From positions 1-58,202 of IMG/VR virus record IMGVR_UViG_3300023094_000011: 58,202 nucleotides of DNA; one strand, written 5' to 3'. The notes under the pieces are model-generated. The model searched no databases. It had not been told where the DNA came from and saw only the letters and a program-made list of their open reading frames with translations. Positions 45,231 through 55,088 of the stretch are shown here, one piece after another (the stretch's first letter is position 1; the number at the start of each line of letters is the position of its first letter). A program made the position numbers and the translations under genes. The stretch is from a virus (Duplodnaviria > Caudoviricetes).

Positions 45231-47146
45231 ATTATTCCGAAACCTATGGCCGGATTCCTGGTGCTATCACGCAGGAATTGGGGGGTCTCTTTGGGAACCT
45301 CCCCGCTGTGTCACCGCCCGAAGAAGTAGACGATGAAATCTTTGATTTGCCGTGGGAACCGCAGCCCGTTCACGCCGAAGCCCCGCCAGAACCTGACGCC
45401 GAATTTTCAGATGAGGAAATTCTCATTGAGGATGAAAGCGAGGCGCCAATTAAAGCGGGGAGTGTCGTACTACGCGATTACCAAGAACGCTGTGTTACCT
45501 CAGTCCTCCGCGAATTCAAAGACGGAACCAAAAGCACCCTCGTAGTGAGTGCGACCGGCACCGGCAAAGGGCCAATGATAGCCGCGCTTGGCAAGCGTGC
45601 CGCCGATAAAGATCATGGCGTTTTAATCCTTGTTCACCGCGACGAATTGATAACCCAGTTGGTCAAGAGCGTTGGGCGCGTCGGCATCGTTGCCTTAAAA
45701 GAGAAGGCAGGGGACCGGGCGCTTGGCGGCTTTGGTTTTCTTTCCAAGGTGGTGGTTGCGTCGGTTCAAACGATGCGAGGCAAGCGATTGGAGCAGTGGC
45801 CCAAAGACGCTTTCAAGTTGGCGATTATTGATGAGTGTCATCACGTTGTTGGTCAATCCTATAGAGATGTTCTCAATCATTTCGGTATGCAAGAAGGCCG
45901 CTTACGTGTTGCCGGATTTACAGCGACCGCAGACCGTCTCGATAAAGAAAACATCGGGCAAGTTTTTCAGTCCCTGGCTTTTGAATACAACATCAAAAGC
46001 GCGACTCAGGATGGTTGGCTCGTTCCTATCGAGGCCATCCAATTAAAAACCGATCCGCCCATCAATTTGAAGGATTTGCGCACGACTGCGGGCGATTTGA
46101 ACCAGGGCGATTTAGAACGCGAGATCAACCAAAATATCGGCGTACTTGTTAATTCTTTGGTTGACACCAACGCGCTGGAAGGACGCCGCACTATTTGCTT
46201 CACGCCCAATGTTTCATCGGCGCGGGCAATGGCGCAAGCACTCAGTGATGTCGGTATTTCGGCGCAAGCTGTAGCGGGCGCCGATTCTGACCGCGCCCAA
46301 AAGTTTGCTGACCACCAGGCTGGAAAATTCCAGGTGCTTTGCAACTGCGCTGTTGCCACTGAGGGCTATGACGACCGGCGTATTCAAGCTGTGCTAATTT
46401 GCCGTCCTACCAAGAGCCGCGCGCTCTATTCGCAGATGGTGGGGCGTGGTACTCGTCTACCCGAAGAAGGCGATCCCGAAAAAAAGAATTGCCGCGTGGT
46501 GGACTTTGCGTTTTTGACGGGTAAACACCAACTGGTTTCGCCCGTTGACCTCTACGATAACAGCGAGACGCCAGATGAGGTCGTGGAAGCCGCGCGGAAG
46601 ATATTGGCTTCTGGTGGCGCCCAATCGCTCGATTTGGCCCTTGAATCGGCGCAAATGGAGTACGAGGAAACCCGCCGCGTTCGTATCCAGCGGCGCGTGG
46701 TTTCGGTGAAGGCTTCAAAGTTCGATCCGTTGACCGCGTGCGACATTTACGGCATCGCCCAGAAGGCGGGCGCCGTCTGGGAAAACACGACGCCATGCAG
46801 CGAAAAACAGGCGCTTTATCTTCAAAAACGGGCGATTTCCACCGAGGGAATGACCAAGGCTACAGCGTCCAAACTCATCTCCAAAATGGAGTCGAGGAAG
46901 GAGCATGGCTGGGCCAGCCCGTGGCAGGTGCGCGACCTCATTCAAAACGGCCTTGACCCGCAGGCCGCCGTGGGAATGCGCGAAAAAGAGGCGGCGTCTT
47001 ACCTCGCCTCGAACCCGGTTATGGCAACGGACGGACAACAGAAAATGATGCGATATTTGGGCGTTCCTGCTGCCGAGATAGCCACTATGACCAAACGCGA
47101 CGCAATGGCCCGCATTGCCGCCTTGAAATCGCCGGATGGGGCATGA
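45227..47146 (+). CDS. Superfamily 2 DExH helicase
   Basis: LRDYQ, ATGTGKG, IIDECHH, FTATADR, TEGYD, QMVGRGTR. Confidence 0.92.
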   Translation: MNYSETYGRIPGAITQELGGLFGNLPAVSPPEEVDDEIFDLPWEPQPVHAEAPPEPDAEFSDEEILIEDESEAPIKAGSVVLRDYQERCVTSVLREFKDGTKSTLVVSATGTGKGPMIAALGKRAADKDHGVLILVHRDELITQLVKSVGRVGIVALKEKAGDRALGGFGFLSKVVVASVQTMRGKRLEQWPKDAFKLAIIDECHHVVGQSYRDVLNHFGMQEGRLRVAGFTATADRLDKENIGQVFQSLAFEYNIKSATQDGWLVPIEAIQLKTDPPINLKDLRTTAGDLNQGDLEREINQNIGVLVNSLVDTNALEGRRTICFTPNVSSARAMAQALSDVGISAQAVAGADSDRAQKFADHQAGKFQVLCNCAVATEGYDDRRIQAVLICRPTKSRALYSQMVGRGTRLPEEGDPEKKNCRVVDFAFLTGKHQLVSPVDLYDNSETPDEVVEAARKILASGGAQSLDLALESAQMEYEETRRVRIQRRVVSVKASKFDPLTACDIYGIAQKAGAVWENTTPCSEKQALYLQKRAISTEGMTKATASKLISKMESRKEHGWASPWQVRDLIQNGLDPQAAVGMREKEAASYLASNPVMATDGQQKMMRYLGVPAAEIATMTKRDAMARIAALKSPDGA

Positions 47147-47663
47147 AATGAGCGTTAAGGTCATGGCGCAGGTCTGGGAGTGCGACCTGCCGTTCAACAA
47201 AGCCTGGGTTTTAATGGCGATGGCTGACCATGCTGACCATGAAGGCAAAAACGTTTTTCCAGCACTTCCGCTCGTCGCGTGGAAAACGGGTTACTCCCAT
47301 CGCCAGATAAAACGCATCGTGGCCGATTTGCGCGACGACGGAATCCTGTTGCCCTACGATCAGACCGCTTTCGGCGTGAAGATTTACGAGATTAAGCTGG
47401 AGCATATTCCGCGAAAACCGAAATACGTTCCGCCAGAAAATGGAAGGCCGGAAGGCGTGCCGGAAAATGCGCCGCGAAAACAGGGGGGACAATTTGTCCC
47501 TGGGTTCTATGTCCCCCATAACCATCAGTCTTCTATTAATAACAGTGAGAGTAGTGGAGTAACTGTTACTTCACTTAACAGTAAAGACAATTATCAATTT
47601 CCGAAATCTGAAAACGCTCACGATTTCGATGAAGGGCTATTTGGAGAGGGCGCAGTTTGGTGA
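47136..47663 (+). CDS. HTH replication protein (lytic initiator-like)
   Basis: MSVKVMAQVW...VLMAMADHADHEG..VFP....VAWKTGYSHRQIKRIV. Confidence 0.75.
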   Translation: MGHEMSVKVMAQVWECDLPFNKAWVLMAMADHADHEGKNVFPALPLVAWKTGYSHRQIKRIVADLRDDGILLPYDQTAFGVKIYEIKLEHIPRKPKYVPPENGRPEGVPENAPRKQGGQFVPGFYVPHNHQSSINNSESSGVTVTSLNSKDNYQFPKSENAHDFDEGLFGEGAVW

Positions 47664-47758
47664 ACCGCCAGAGCGCCGATGAAAAGCCTGAACCCGTGGG
47701 AAACCAATTCCCGCACCTAACCACCTTCCCCCTGGGGAGTTAATGGAGAGATTGAACG

Positions 47759-48757
47759 ATGAAAGAACTCAAACACCCAATTTTGCCCAGCATCTTGGCT
47801 CTGCTCATAAGCCAAACTGAGGTCACCGAAACAGCCGTAAAGCTGACCTGCAAGCAATTGGACCGCGCTGATTACGCAGCTGTGAATGAAGTGCTAATGC
47901 GAATCGGCGGCAAATGGAACGGCTCCAGAAAAGCGCACCTGTTCCCGTTCGACCCACGCCCGCTCTTTGCGGCTGTCGTCGAAAGCGGGATGATGCCCGC
48001 CAAGAACCCGTTGGCGTTCTTCCCGACGCCTGATGCCGCAGGTGACAAGCTGTTCGCGATGATTAAAGAAGATTGCCTCCCAGTGAGTGGCGCGCGTGTT
48101 TTGGAGCCTTCCGCAGGACAAGGCGCCTTGGTTGATGCTTTCCGGCGATGGTCCGAGTCATGGCAAATCGACTGTTGCGAGATGAATGAACTGAATCGGC
48201 GCGTGCTGGAATCGAAGGGCGTGAATTTAGTTGGCGAAAACTTCCTTGAATATCGACCTGATCACAAGTACGACCTGATTCCGATGAACCCTCCGTTTTC
48301 GGTGGAAGGCGATAAGAAAGCTTGGATAACGCATATCGAACACGCCTGGTCGATGTTGGCAGATGAGGGGCAAATCGTGGCCATAACGCCCAAGTTTGAT
48401 TTCCAAAGCGATAAGAAAACTGTGGCCTTTCGTGAACTTGTTTCAGATTACGGCAGCGTTTTAGACGTTCCGGCAAAGGCGTTTGTTACCAGCGGTACGA
48501 ATATCCCGACGTGCTGCGTTCATCTGCACAAGACAGCTACGCCGCGAGAAAGAACGGAGCCGTTGCCCGAAGAGCCGAAAGCCTCTGTCAAGATCGAGGC
48601 AGAAGAAATTGGCACGCCGGAAGAAATATTAAAAGAGATTCGGGCATGTATGCGAGAAGCCGACAAAGCCTTTTCCAGCCTCGAAAAAATGATAAAGGAC
48701 TGCCGCCCATCTAAGCCAGTCGCAGAGTCTCCGCTTCAAATGGAGATGTTCGCATGA
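47759..48757 (+). CDS. SAM-dependent adenine DNA methyltransferase
   Basis: FFPTP, VLEPSAGQG, MNPPF; YAAVNEVLMRIGGKW N-terminus. Confidence 0.9.
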   Translation: MKELKHPILPSILALLISQTEVTETAVKLTCKQLDRADYAAVNEVLMRIGGKWNGSRKAHLFPFDPRPLFAAVVESGMMPAKNPLAFFPTPDAAGDKLFAMIKEDCLPVSGARVLEPSAGQGALVDAFRRWSESWQIDCCEMNELNRRVLESKGVNLVGENFLEYRPDHKYDLIPMNPPFSVEGDKKAWITHIEHAWSMLADEGQIVAITPKFDFQSDKKTVAFRELVSDYGSVLDVPAKAFVTSGTNIPTCCVHLHKTATPRERTEPLPEEPKASVKIEAEEIGTPEEILKEIRACMREADKAFSSLEKMIKDCRPSKPVAESPLQMEMFA

Positions 48758-48818
48758 AAACCCCTAACCCCATCGAGCGCGAGACGTTGCTGGAACGGCT
48801 GAAGCCAGAGGAGGCGAG

Positions 48819-49121
48819 ATGTCCCGGCTAACCAAAAACGACCTACGCCAAATCCTCGCCACGAATCAAGCAGCACCCCCAGAAGCCCAAAACCCCGCTA
48901 TCGAAGAACTGATCGAGGAAATCCTGGTATCGTGGCGAGAGAGGGACGGCGCAAAGAGGCGCGCTAACTATCGAGTCACTGTAGAGCGCGATCACTGGCG
49001 CGATGTTGCCCTAGACGCCATAGCCAAGACGAAGGGGCTAGAAAGCGCCTCAGACGTGCCACAGCCGCGTAATCCACGTGTTAACCACCCCAAGAGGGCA
49101 ACGTGGCCGGAAAGGGCCTAG
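48819..49121 (+). CDS. Hypothetical protein
   Basis: RBS GGAGG. Confidence 0.55.
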   Translation: MSRLTKNDLRQILATNQAAPPEAQNPAIEELIEEILVSWRERDGAKRRANYRVTVERDHWRDVALDAIAKTKGLESASDVPQPRNPRVNHPKRATWPERA

Positions 49122-49128
49122 AAGAGCC

Positions 49129-49368
49129 ATGAAATACACCATGACCCTAAAGCTCGTGACTTCGATGTGCCCCTGGTGCTGCGAAGCTCACGAACACATG
49201 GCGAGACGGGAAATGAAGCTGCACCTCTGCTCCGACGAGTGCCGACGCGCTCAAGATGCCGAACGTAGCAAGATGCGCTACGCCGCGATGATTGCTTACC
49301 AGCCGGTCACTGAGCCGCATGAGCCTCAGACCAGTTATTTTGTGCGAATGAGGCAGCGTAGATTTTGA
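49129..49368 (+). CDS. Small Zn-binding protein
   Basis: CPWC...CSDEC. Confidence 0.5.
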   Translation: MKYTMTLKLVTSMCPWCCEAHEHMARREMKLHLCSDECRRAQDAERSKMRYAAMIAYQPVTEPHEPQTSYFVRMRQRRF

Positions 49369-49378
49369 GAGTCACAAA

Positions 49379-50524
49379 ATGAAAAATTCAATCTTAGTTG
49401 GAGATGTGCGCAAGCGTGGTCTCGAAATCCCCGACAATTCGCTAAATTGCGTGGTTACGTCGCCGCCCTATTACAACCTTCGGAATTACAATAACGCCGC
49501 GCAAATTGGTCTTGAATCGACGCCAGAGGCTTATGTGGCGGAACTGGTGGAAGTGTTTCGAGATGTGCGGCGCGCGTTGCGCAAAGACGGGACTTTGTGG
49601 CTGAATTTAGGGGACTCTTACGCGGGTTCTGGCATGGGGAAGCAAGGCAGGCACGCCGAAGCGTCAGCGTGCCCCGATAATGGCAGCAAGAACAAAGCAC
49701 CAGGCTTGAAAGCAAAGGATTTAATCGGTATTCCGTGGACGGTTGCTTTTGCCCTGCGTGCTGATGGTTGGTATCTCCGCTCTGAAATCATCTGGCACAA
49801 AAGGAACCCGATGCCAGACAGCACCAAAGACCGCCCGACTAAGGCGCACGAAACCCTGTTTTTGCTCAGTAAGAGCTCGAGTTATTTTTATGATGCTGAC
49901 GCCATAGCGGAACCCGTTGCCGATGCCACGAGCGACCGTTGCTCAAGCGGGAAGGCTCCCCGTTTTGGGGGCACAAAATACGGCGATGATGGCGCGGAAA
50001 TCCACAGAACGAAGTCAGGTAATTCATACCGGCCACAGCTGGCCCGCGCCTACGAAATCGCAAAAGAAAAGGGGCTGACTCAGGCGCACATAGACGCGAT
50101 TCGCTCAGTCGGAATGTGTGACGCGGGTAAGGCTCAAGTGACGCAAACGGGTTTTGGGAAAAACACTCCTGCCGTTATGGAACTTGCCGCTGAAGCGAAA
50201 GAAGCCTTGAACGGCTATTATCGGGAATTTCTAAGCGGACTAACACGGAATCGACGAACGGTTTGGACACTGGGGAGCCAACCTTACAAAGGCGCTCACT
50301 TCGCCACTTTCCCGCCTAAATTGGTCGAGCCGTGCATTTTGGCCGGATGCCCTGACGGTGGCCTTGTTTACGATCCGTTCGGCGGCGCTATGACTACCGC
50401 GATGGTCGCGCAGCGGCTGGGCAGGAATTTCCTAGCGTGCGAATTGAACCCTGATTATGCCGAAATGGGACGCCAGCGCGTTCTCTACGACAACCCGATG
50501 TTTAATGAATGCACGCTCATTTAG
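49379..50524 (+). CDS. DNA methyltransferase, N4-C/N6-A beta class
   Basis: TSPPY, LWLNLGD, IIWHK.NPMP, HFATFP, DPFGG. Confidence 0.92.
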   Translation: MKNSILVGDVRKRGLEIPDNSLNCVVTSPPYYNLRNYNNAAQIGLESTPEAYVAELVEVFRDVRRALRKDGTLWLNLGDSYAGSGMGKQGRHAEASACPDNGSKNKAPGLKAKDLIGIPWTVAFALRADGWYLRSEIIWHKRNPMPDSTKDRPTKAHETLFLLSKSSSYFYDADAIAEPVADATSDRCSSGKAPRFGGTKYGDDGAEIHRTKSGNSYRPQLARAYEIAKEKGLTQAHIDAIRSVGMCDAGKAQVTQTGFGKNTPAVMELAAEAKEALNGYYREFLSGLTRNRRTVWTLGSQPYKGAHFATFPPKLVEPCILAGCPDGGLVYDPFGGAMTTAMVAQRLGRNFLACELNPDYAEMGRQRVLYDNPMFNECTLI

Positions 50525-50671
50525 CAACACACAGGCCGCAAGCCGCACCACGAGTGCGCATGTCGCCAACATTTCGGTGTTACTAATTGAGCCTAGAGAC
50601 GTTTGAGCGGCATAACACGGCGGGTAATGCCGAGAGGTAAATTCTATGCCCGCCGTGTTCTTTGAAATCCC

Positions 50672-51076
50672 CTAATCCCCTTCTGGTTCGAGGGTGAGGG
50701 CGTGTTTGGTTGCGTCCTCTTCTTCGGTGGTTTTGCGGGGGCGGCCACCTCTGGCGCCGTTGGCCTTTGAAGACGCGGCTTTCTTCTCGCTTTTGCGCTT
50801 ACCAAGAATCGCCATTGCCGCAGAAAGCATCTCTTTCTCTGACAAATCATCGATGCTTAATGTCTCAATATCGGGCAATGGAGATTTAGGAGGATTCGTA
50901 AGAAAATCTTGCCACCACGCGCGGAGTGATGGGTTTACATTAGCGATCATGAACCCACCTGAATGAGCAGATTTTCGCATATTGCATGGGAAACAAGCGA
51001 CCACGAGGTTATGGTAATCGTTTCCGCCGCCCGCCGTGACAGGCACAACGTGGTCAATTTCTATTTCGCGAGGCAA
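50672..51076 (-). CDS. HNH nuclease-like protein with basic tail (possibly split gene)
   Basis: EIDHVVPVTAGGGNDYHNLVVACFPCNMRK; tail KKAASSKANGARGGRPRK. Confidence 0.7.
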   Translation of the reverse strand: MPREIEIDHVVPVTAGGGNDYHNLVVACFPCNMRKSAHSGGFMIANVNPSLRAWWQDFLTNPPKSPLPDIETLSIDDLSEKEMLSAAMAILGKRKSEKKAASSKANGARGGRPRKTTEEEDATKHALTLEPEGD

Positions 51077-51082
51077 AAGAGA

Positions 51083-51244
51083 CTAGGTAGGGTTTTCATT
51101 TGGTTTTGCTTTGCGTGGTCCCTTATCCCATCGAAGACTTTTGCACTTGGGGCAAAGAGCGGGGCGCTCAGTCGAACGAGGAAACCAGGTGTGACCACAG
51201 ATGAGGCATTTGAGTTTGGAAATAGATTCTTTCATGCTCATCAT
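51083..51244 (-). CDS. Zinc-ribbon peptide in frame with the downstream HNH
   Basis: KLKCLICGHTWFPRSTERPALCPKCKSLRWD; ends at TAG 51083-51085. Confidence 0.65.
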   Translation of the reverse strand: MMSMKESISKLKCLICGHTWFPRSTERPALCPKCKSLRWDKGPRKAKPNENPT

Positions 51245-51341
51245 TCTACAAAATATTTTATCATAAGTCGCCTTGAAACTCTACCTAAGAGACGACCTAT
51301 AGGTTATAATTAAATGTAGAACGAGAGCGAAGGAATTTATT

Positions 51342-51599
51342 ATGCAAACCCTCAATACCCTAAACCGTGACCAGATCAGCAAAGTGGTGTGCGAAGCTAC
51401 TGTTAAGGCGGAATTAGTCGCCCGTCGTCTCGATGTACCTGTATTTTGTGGAGGCAAGCCAGAAGTTGCCCCCTCAATCTGGGCACTGGTTGGCGTTGGA
51501 CAGGAAATTTCAAACTGGTGCTGCGAGAGTCGCTTTACTCTCAAGCAGCTTCGTTCTGTTGCTCAGGATTACTTGAGAAAAGTGGAGGTGCTGATGTGA
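51342..51599 (+). CDS. Hypothetical protein
   Basis: TATAAT at 51305-51310; RBS AAGGA. Confidence 0.6.
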   Translation: MQTLNTLNRDQISKVVCEATVKAELVARRLDVPVFCGGKPEVAPSIWALVGVGQEISNWCCESRFTLKQLRSVAQDYLRKVEVLM

Positions 51600-51859
51600 A
51601 ATTGATTCTCAAGCGTCAAGTCGTTATCAAGAATTGCGCTCAGGATTTTGGGTTAGGGCCCGGCGTTGTCTCAAAAGATGAAGCGCACTTTGACTTGCCC
51701 GATTCGCTTAGTGAGTACGACAAGCGGCAACTCTTCTTTCAGATTCAGGAGAGCAGTTTCGAAATGATGATGGAAGTCGTTACAGTTGAAACGGAAGAAA
51801 GCCGATCTAGTGATGTGACTTTCGACGCAATTTTCCCTGACGAAAAAATTAAGCTATAA
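51596..51859 (+). CDS. Hypothetical protein
   Basis: GTGA coupling; RBS GGAGG. Confidence 0.55.
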   Translation: MKLILKRQVVIKNCAQDFGLGPGVVSKDEAHFDLPDSLSEYDKRQLFFQIQESSFEMMMEVVTVETEESRSSDVTFDAIFPDEKIKL

Positions 51860-51901
51860 GAGCGACTGACTAACTCCCCCACACCCTAGGAAGGATTAAC
51901 G

Positions 51902-52195
51902 ATGCGAATTGATGTGACACAACACCAAATAAATGTTGGCGACCCCACAGAGGGTGCCGAGAATGCTCTGGCCTTGGCGATTGGCGCGGTACTTCTGCCG
52001 CGTTACGAGGCGCACGTGGCTATGGGCGAACTCGCTGTTTACGACAGGGAGGCGAAGAGATGGATTGACCTCGATGACCTGACGCTGCCAGACGAAGCGA
52101 TTGAGTTTGATGAAAAATGCAGTTGGGATACCGAATCGGTAAAGCCGTTCTCATTTGAGCTAGAAATCCCACCTGCCCTACTGCGGCAGGAGTAA
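51902..52195 (+). CDS. Acidic hypothetical protein
   Basis: RBS AAGGA; LPDEAIEF...VKPFSFEL. Confidence 0.65.
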   Translation: MRIDVTQHQINVGDPTEGAENALALAIGAVLLPRYEAHVAMGELAVYDREAKRWIDLDDLTLPDEAIEFDEKCSWDTESVKPFSFELEIPPALLRQE

Positions 52196-52423
52196 GAGAC
52201 GATGTCCTATCAAGAATTTCGCAAGCAGTTTCCAGCGAAGCGCCATTTTCAGGGCTACGACTCCGCAACGCGGGCGAGGGCTACTGGAATGAGGAAGATG
52301 GCTTTCACACCCCCGCGACCTTCGGGCCTATTACGTGGCCGAGAACTACCCATTGGATGCCGCGCGCTGCTCCCTCTGCCCCACCAACCACCGCTGCGGA
52401 GCCTGATTTAAGTGAGGTGAACG

Positions 52424-52675
52424 ATGGGTAAATGGTTCCACGCCCACCTTGACATTGAAGGCGTGCTTAAAAACCACGACCTGAACCAATGGCGAGGCGC
52501 ATGTCACGGCGACGAAGGGAATTACTTGTCCCCTGACGAAATCCGAGAGCGATTCAAGGCGAATCTCGCACAGGGCGTCAAGGTTTTACCCGTTGGCTAC
52601 ACCGAAAAGGAATGTCCCGATTTTGATTACGCTGGCGGCGCTTGCCCCGGCCATGAGGTAAAACCCGATGAATGA
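52424..52675 (+). CDS. Hypothetical phage protein
   Basis: RBS GAGGTG; CPDFDY...CPGH. Confidence 0.65.
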   Translation: MGKWFHAHLDIEGVLKNHDLNQWRGACHGDEGNYLSPDEIRERFKANLAQGVKVLPVGYTEKECPDFDYAGGACPGHEVKPDE

Positions 52676-53072
52676 ACAACTGATAGCCGATATTAAGCAG
52701 CAAATCACCTATGAAAATGGAGTGATCGCGATTCACGGAACTGTGCCTTCTGCGGATGACAGAGCAGCGTGTGACCATGCTCAAACCATCATTGATTTGC
52801 TCACACGCTGCAGAGCCTCGCTTCACCTTCGTGATTTGCAGGATGCCTCCTTAGTGCCAGAAGTCGAAGTGCCCGCTGATCTACAAGAAGTGTTTTGTGT
52901 CGCCAGTAATGAAACGTTGTCTTTCCTTCACGCCGATTTAGTTCACGTCGCAGCGGCCCGTGCTGAAGCTTTGGACTGTGAACCTTATGAATCAAAAATA
53001 CCGCGTGAGCTCTATATGCGTGAAATCGTGGAAATGCAAAAGTTTTTACGAGCACACAGGGAGAATAATTGA
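52668..53072 (+). CDS. Hypothetical protein
   Basis: Coupled ORF. Confidence 0.55.
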   Translation: MNEQLIADIKQQITYENGVIAIHGTVPSADDRAACDHAQTIIDLLTRCRASLHLRDLQDASLVPEVEVPADLQEVFCVASNETLSFLHADLVHVAAARAEALDCEPYESKIPRELYMREIVEMQKFLRAHRENN

Positions 53073-53335
53073 TGCCTGACCTCGATGCAAAAACAGTGAT
53101 AGCGAGGGCGAAGGAGTTGGGCTTCACCTGGCTTGTATTTTCCAAAGCGGCTGGCTGGCGTTTTGAATCTAGCTATCCGCTGTTTAGTGAAGATGACTCA
53201 GCAATGCCACTATCGGTGGAATATATTGAATTTTATGTAAAGCGTGCTCTCGCTTCTGGTGTGACGTTCCCCGAACTTTGGCCTAAAACTGATGGTACGG
53301 CGTTAATCGCCGAAGGGGGATACGATGGAAGCTAA
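53072..53335 (+). CDS. Hypothetical protein
   Basis: TGATG coupling. Confidence 0.5.
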   Translation: MPDLDAKTVIARAKELGFTWLVFSKAAGWRFESSYPLFSEDDSAMPLSVEYIEFYVKRALASGVTFPELWPKTDGTALIAEGGYDGS

Positions 53336-53927
53336 CAATCAATCAAATATTTACGTGCCTGGAATAGGCGAATCAATTTCACAGTCTTGCAAGGCAGCGG
53401 TGGCTCAAGCCAGAGAGATTAATGCCCCAGTGTCGTTTACGTTCAACGACATGGAGATGCGGGCACAGCCTGATTCGACGCCTGAAGGCTTAGTTGATGA
53501 TTGGAACAGGCGCATGGAAGCTGCGCGCAAAGCTTGGCAGGAATCGCCTGAGGGCATCGCATACGAGCAAAACCGACTCGCCGAAATTGCAAAGGCTCAG
53601 GCGAAAGTAAACGAACTCGAAGAGAAGCTTAATTCGGTTTTGCTCGATCAGGGAATGGATGAGTTAATGGAGTGGGTTGCGGAGTTCACTTCCAACACCG
53701 ACTGGGTTGGCGTTACATTCGATAAAGAGTTCGTGATTGGGGCTTTTGAGCATGTGGGATTTAAGGAAAATTGGCACGTCGGAAAGCCACCGGAATGGTT
53801 TGACACTCGCCAGAAGTTAGGGCAGTACATCGTCGGGCAAATGCTAGACGGCTATAAAAATCACGGTTGTGTCCCGCAGATAATCGCCTACTGGTGCCAA
53901 GAAAAATATCTGGAGCTAACCCCATGA
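53325..53927 (+). CDS. Hypothetical protein
   Basis: 200-aa ORF with RBS. Confidence 0.65.
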   Translation: MEANNQSNIYVPGIGESISQSCKAAVAQAREINAPVSFTFNDMEMRAQPDSTPEGLVDDWNRRMEAARKAWQESPEGIAYEQNRLAEIAKAQAKVNELEEKLNSVLLDQGMDELMEWVAEFTSNTDWVGVTFDKEFVIGAFEHVGFKENWHVGKPPEWFDTRQKLGQYIVGQMLDGYKNHGCVPQIIAYWCQEKYLELTP

Positions 53928-54496
53928 CCCATCCCAACCCCAAGTGCGTAGAGGGCGCACCGCCTGTTGTAATGGGCTTTGATATGTCTGTGGCCCGAAC
54001 TGGCTGGGCCGTTGGCGACTTGGACGGCATCACATCAGGCGCTCAAGAGTTTCACATCAAAGGCAAAGAAAACCCCGCGCTCCGCTTCCATCGTTTCGAT
54101 AAATGGGCAGAATCCACACTACTGCTTCAGAAGCCCGATGTGGTTATCTATGAGAAGAATAACTACGCGTCCATGAAATTCAGCCAGTCGATATATTGCT
54201 CTGTGAGTCTTTCCAATCGCTTAGACGTGCATTGCGCGCTGTTGGGAATAAGAACCGTCGAAGTGATGCCGAACGCGCTCAAACTGGCCTTTACGGGGTG
54301 TGGAGGCAAAGACCCGAATAAGTTCCGCATGAAGAAGCGCGCTGCCGAGTTGTGGCCCGACTACGACGCCGAAAAGGACGTTGGCGGCGACATCGCAGAT
54401 GCGAGGGCACTCGTTTGGTGTTGGCAGAATAAGCCGGAGATATTTGAGGCAAAACCGAAGAAGGCCAAGGCGCCAAAGGCAAAGGTGAAGGCATAA
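53924..54496 (+). CDS. RuvC-like Holliday junction resolvase
   Basis: MGFDMSVARTGWA, VVIYE, LKLAFTG.G, DIADA. Confidence 0.85.
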   Translation: MTHPNPKCVEGAPPVVMGFDMSVARTGWAVGDLDGITSGAQEFHIKGKENPALRFHRFDKWAESTLLLQKPDVVIYEKNNYASMKFSQSIYCSVSLSNRLDVHCALLGIRTVEVMPNALKLAFTGCGGKDPNKFRMKKRAAELWPDYDAEKDVGGDIADARALVWCWQNKPEIFEAKPKKAKAPKAKVKA

Positions 54497-54582
54497 GCAA
54501 TCAAAAATATAGAGTCGTCTTTCTGCGAAGTCGATGCGTTGCGTGGCTATCGTATGCGCACCCGCGATGGAAATGCCGCATT

Positions 54583-54858
54583 ATGGCGTGGCTTTGGGGG
54601 TGGGGCGCCACAGAAAATACGGCCCTCGTTCTTCAGGATTGGTCAGGGCGTGTTCCTAAAATAGAAATCTGGGACAAAGAGCCAGAGCAATCGGCAGAGG
54701 ATATTCTGGCGGGCTCACTGCGCTGGATCGTTGATACCTACAGCCATGATGATTTACCGCACGCAGAAGGAGTCGCCTGTTTTGTGTGCGTGGCTCAAGA
54801 AGCGCTCAAGAAGGCGGCTGTGGCTTCCCCTGACGAGGCCAAAGGAGGAACAGAGTGA
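54583..54858 (+). CDS. Hypothetical protein (start uncertain)
   Basis: Coupled to the next ORF by GTGA. Confidence 0.4.
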   Translation: MAWLWGWGATENTALVLQDWSGRVPKIEIWDKEPEQSAEDILAGSLRWIVDTYSHDDLPHAEGVACFVCVAQEALKKAAVASPDEAKGGTE

Positions 54859-55088
54859 GCGAAGCGATATTTCGCGCCTTGTGCGCCATGATGGCAAAGC
54901 CGGAAATTCCAGTTCCTGATATTGTCCAGCGGCGTTATTGTCTGCATTATCGCTGGCAAGACGGCCCAGAACTTGTGAATGATCATGAAACAGGCACGTG
55001 GTATTATCGCCATGCGTTTGCAGGGGCCCAGCCTATCAAATCGGTTGAACATTTGAACGAAATGTTTCAAGGATTTTTACCATGCTGA
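54855..55088 (+). CDS. Hypothetical protein
   Basis: RBS AGGAGG. Confidence 0.5.
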   Translation: MSEAIFRALCAMMAKPEIPVPDIVQRRYCLHYRWQDGPELVNDHETGTWYYRHAFAGAQPIKSVEHLNEMFQGFLPC

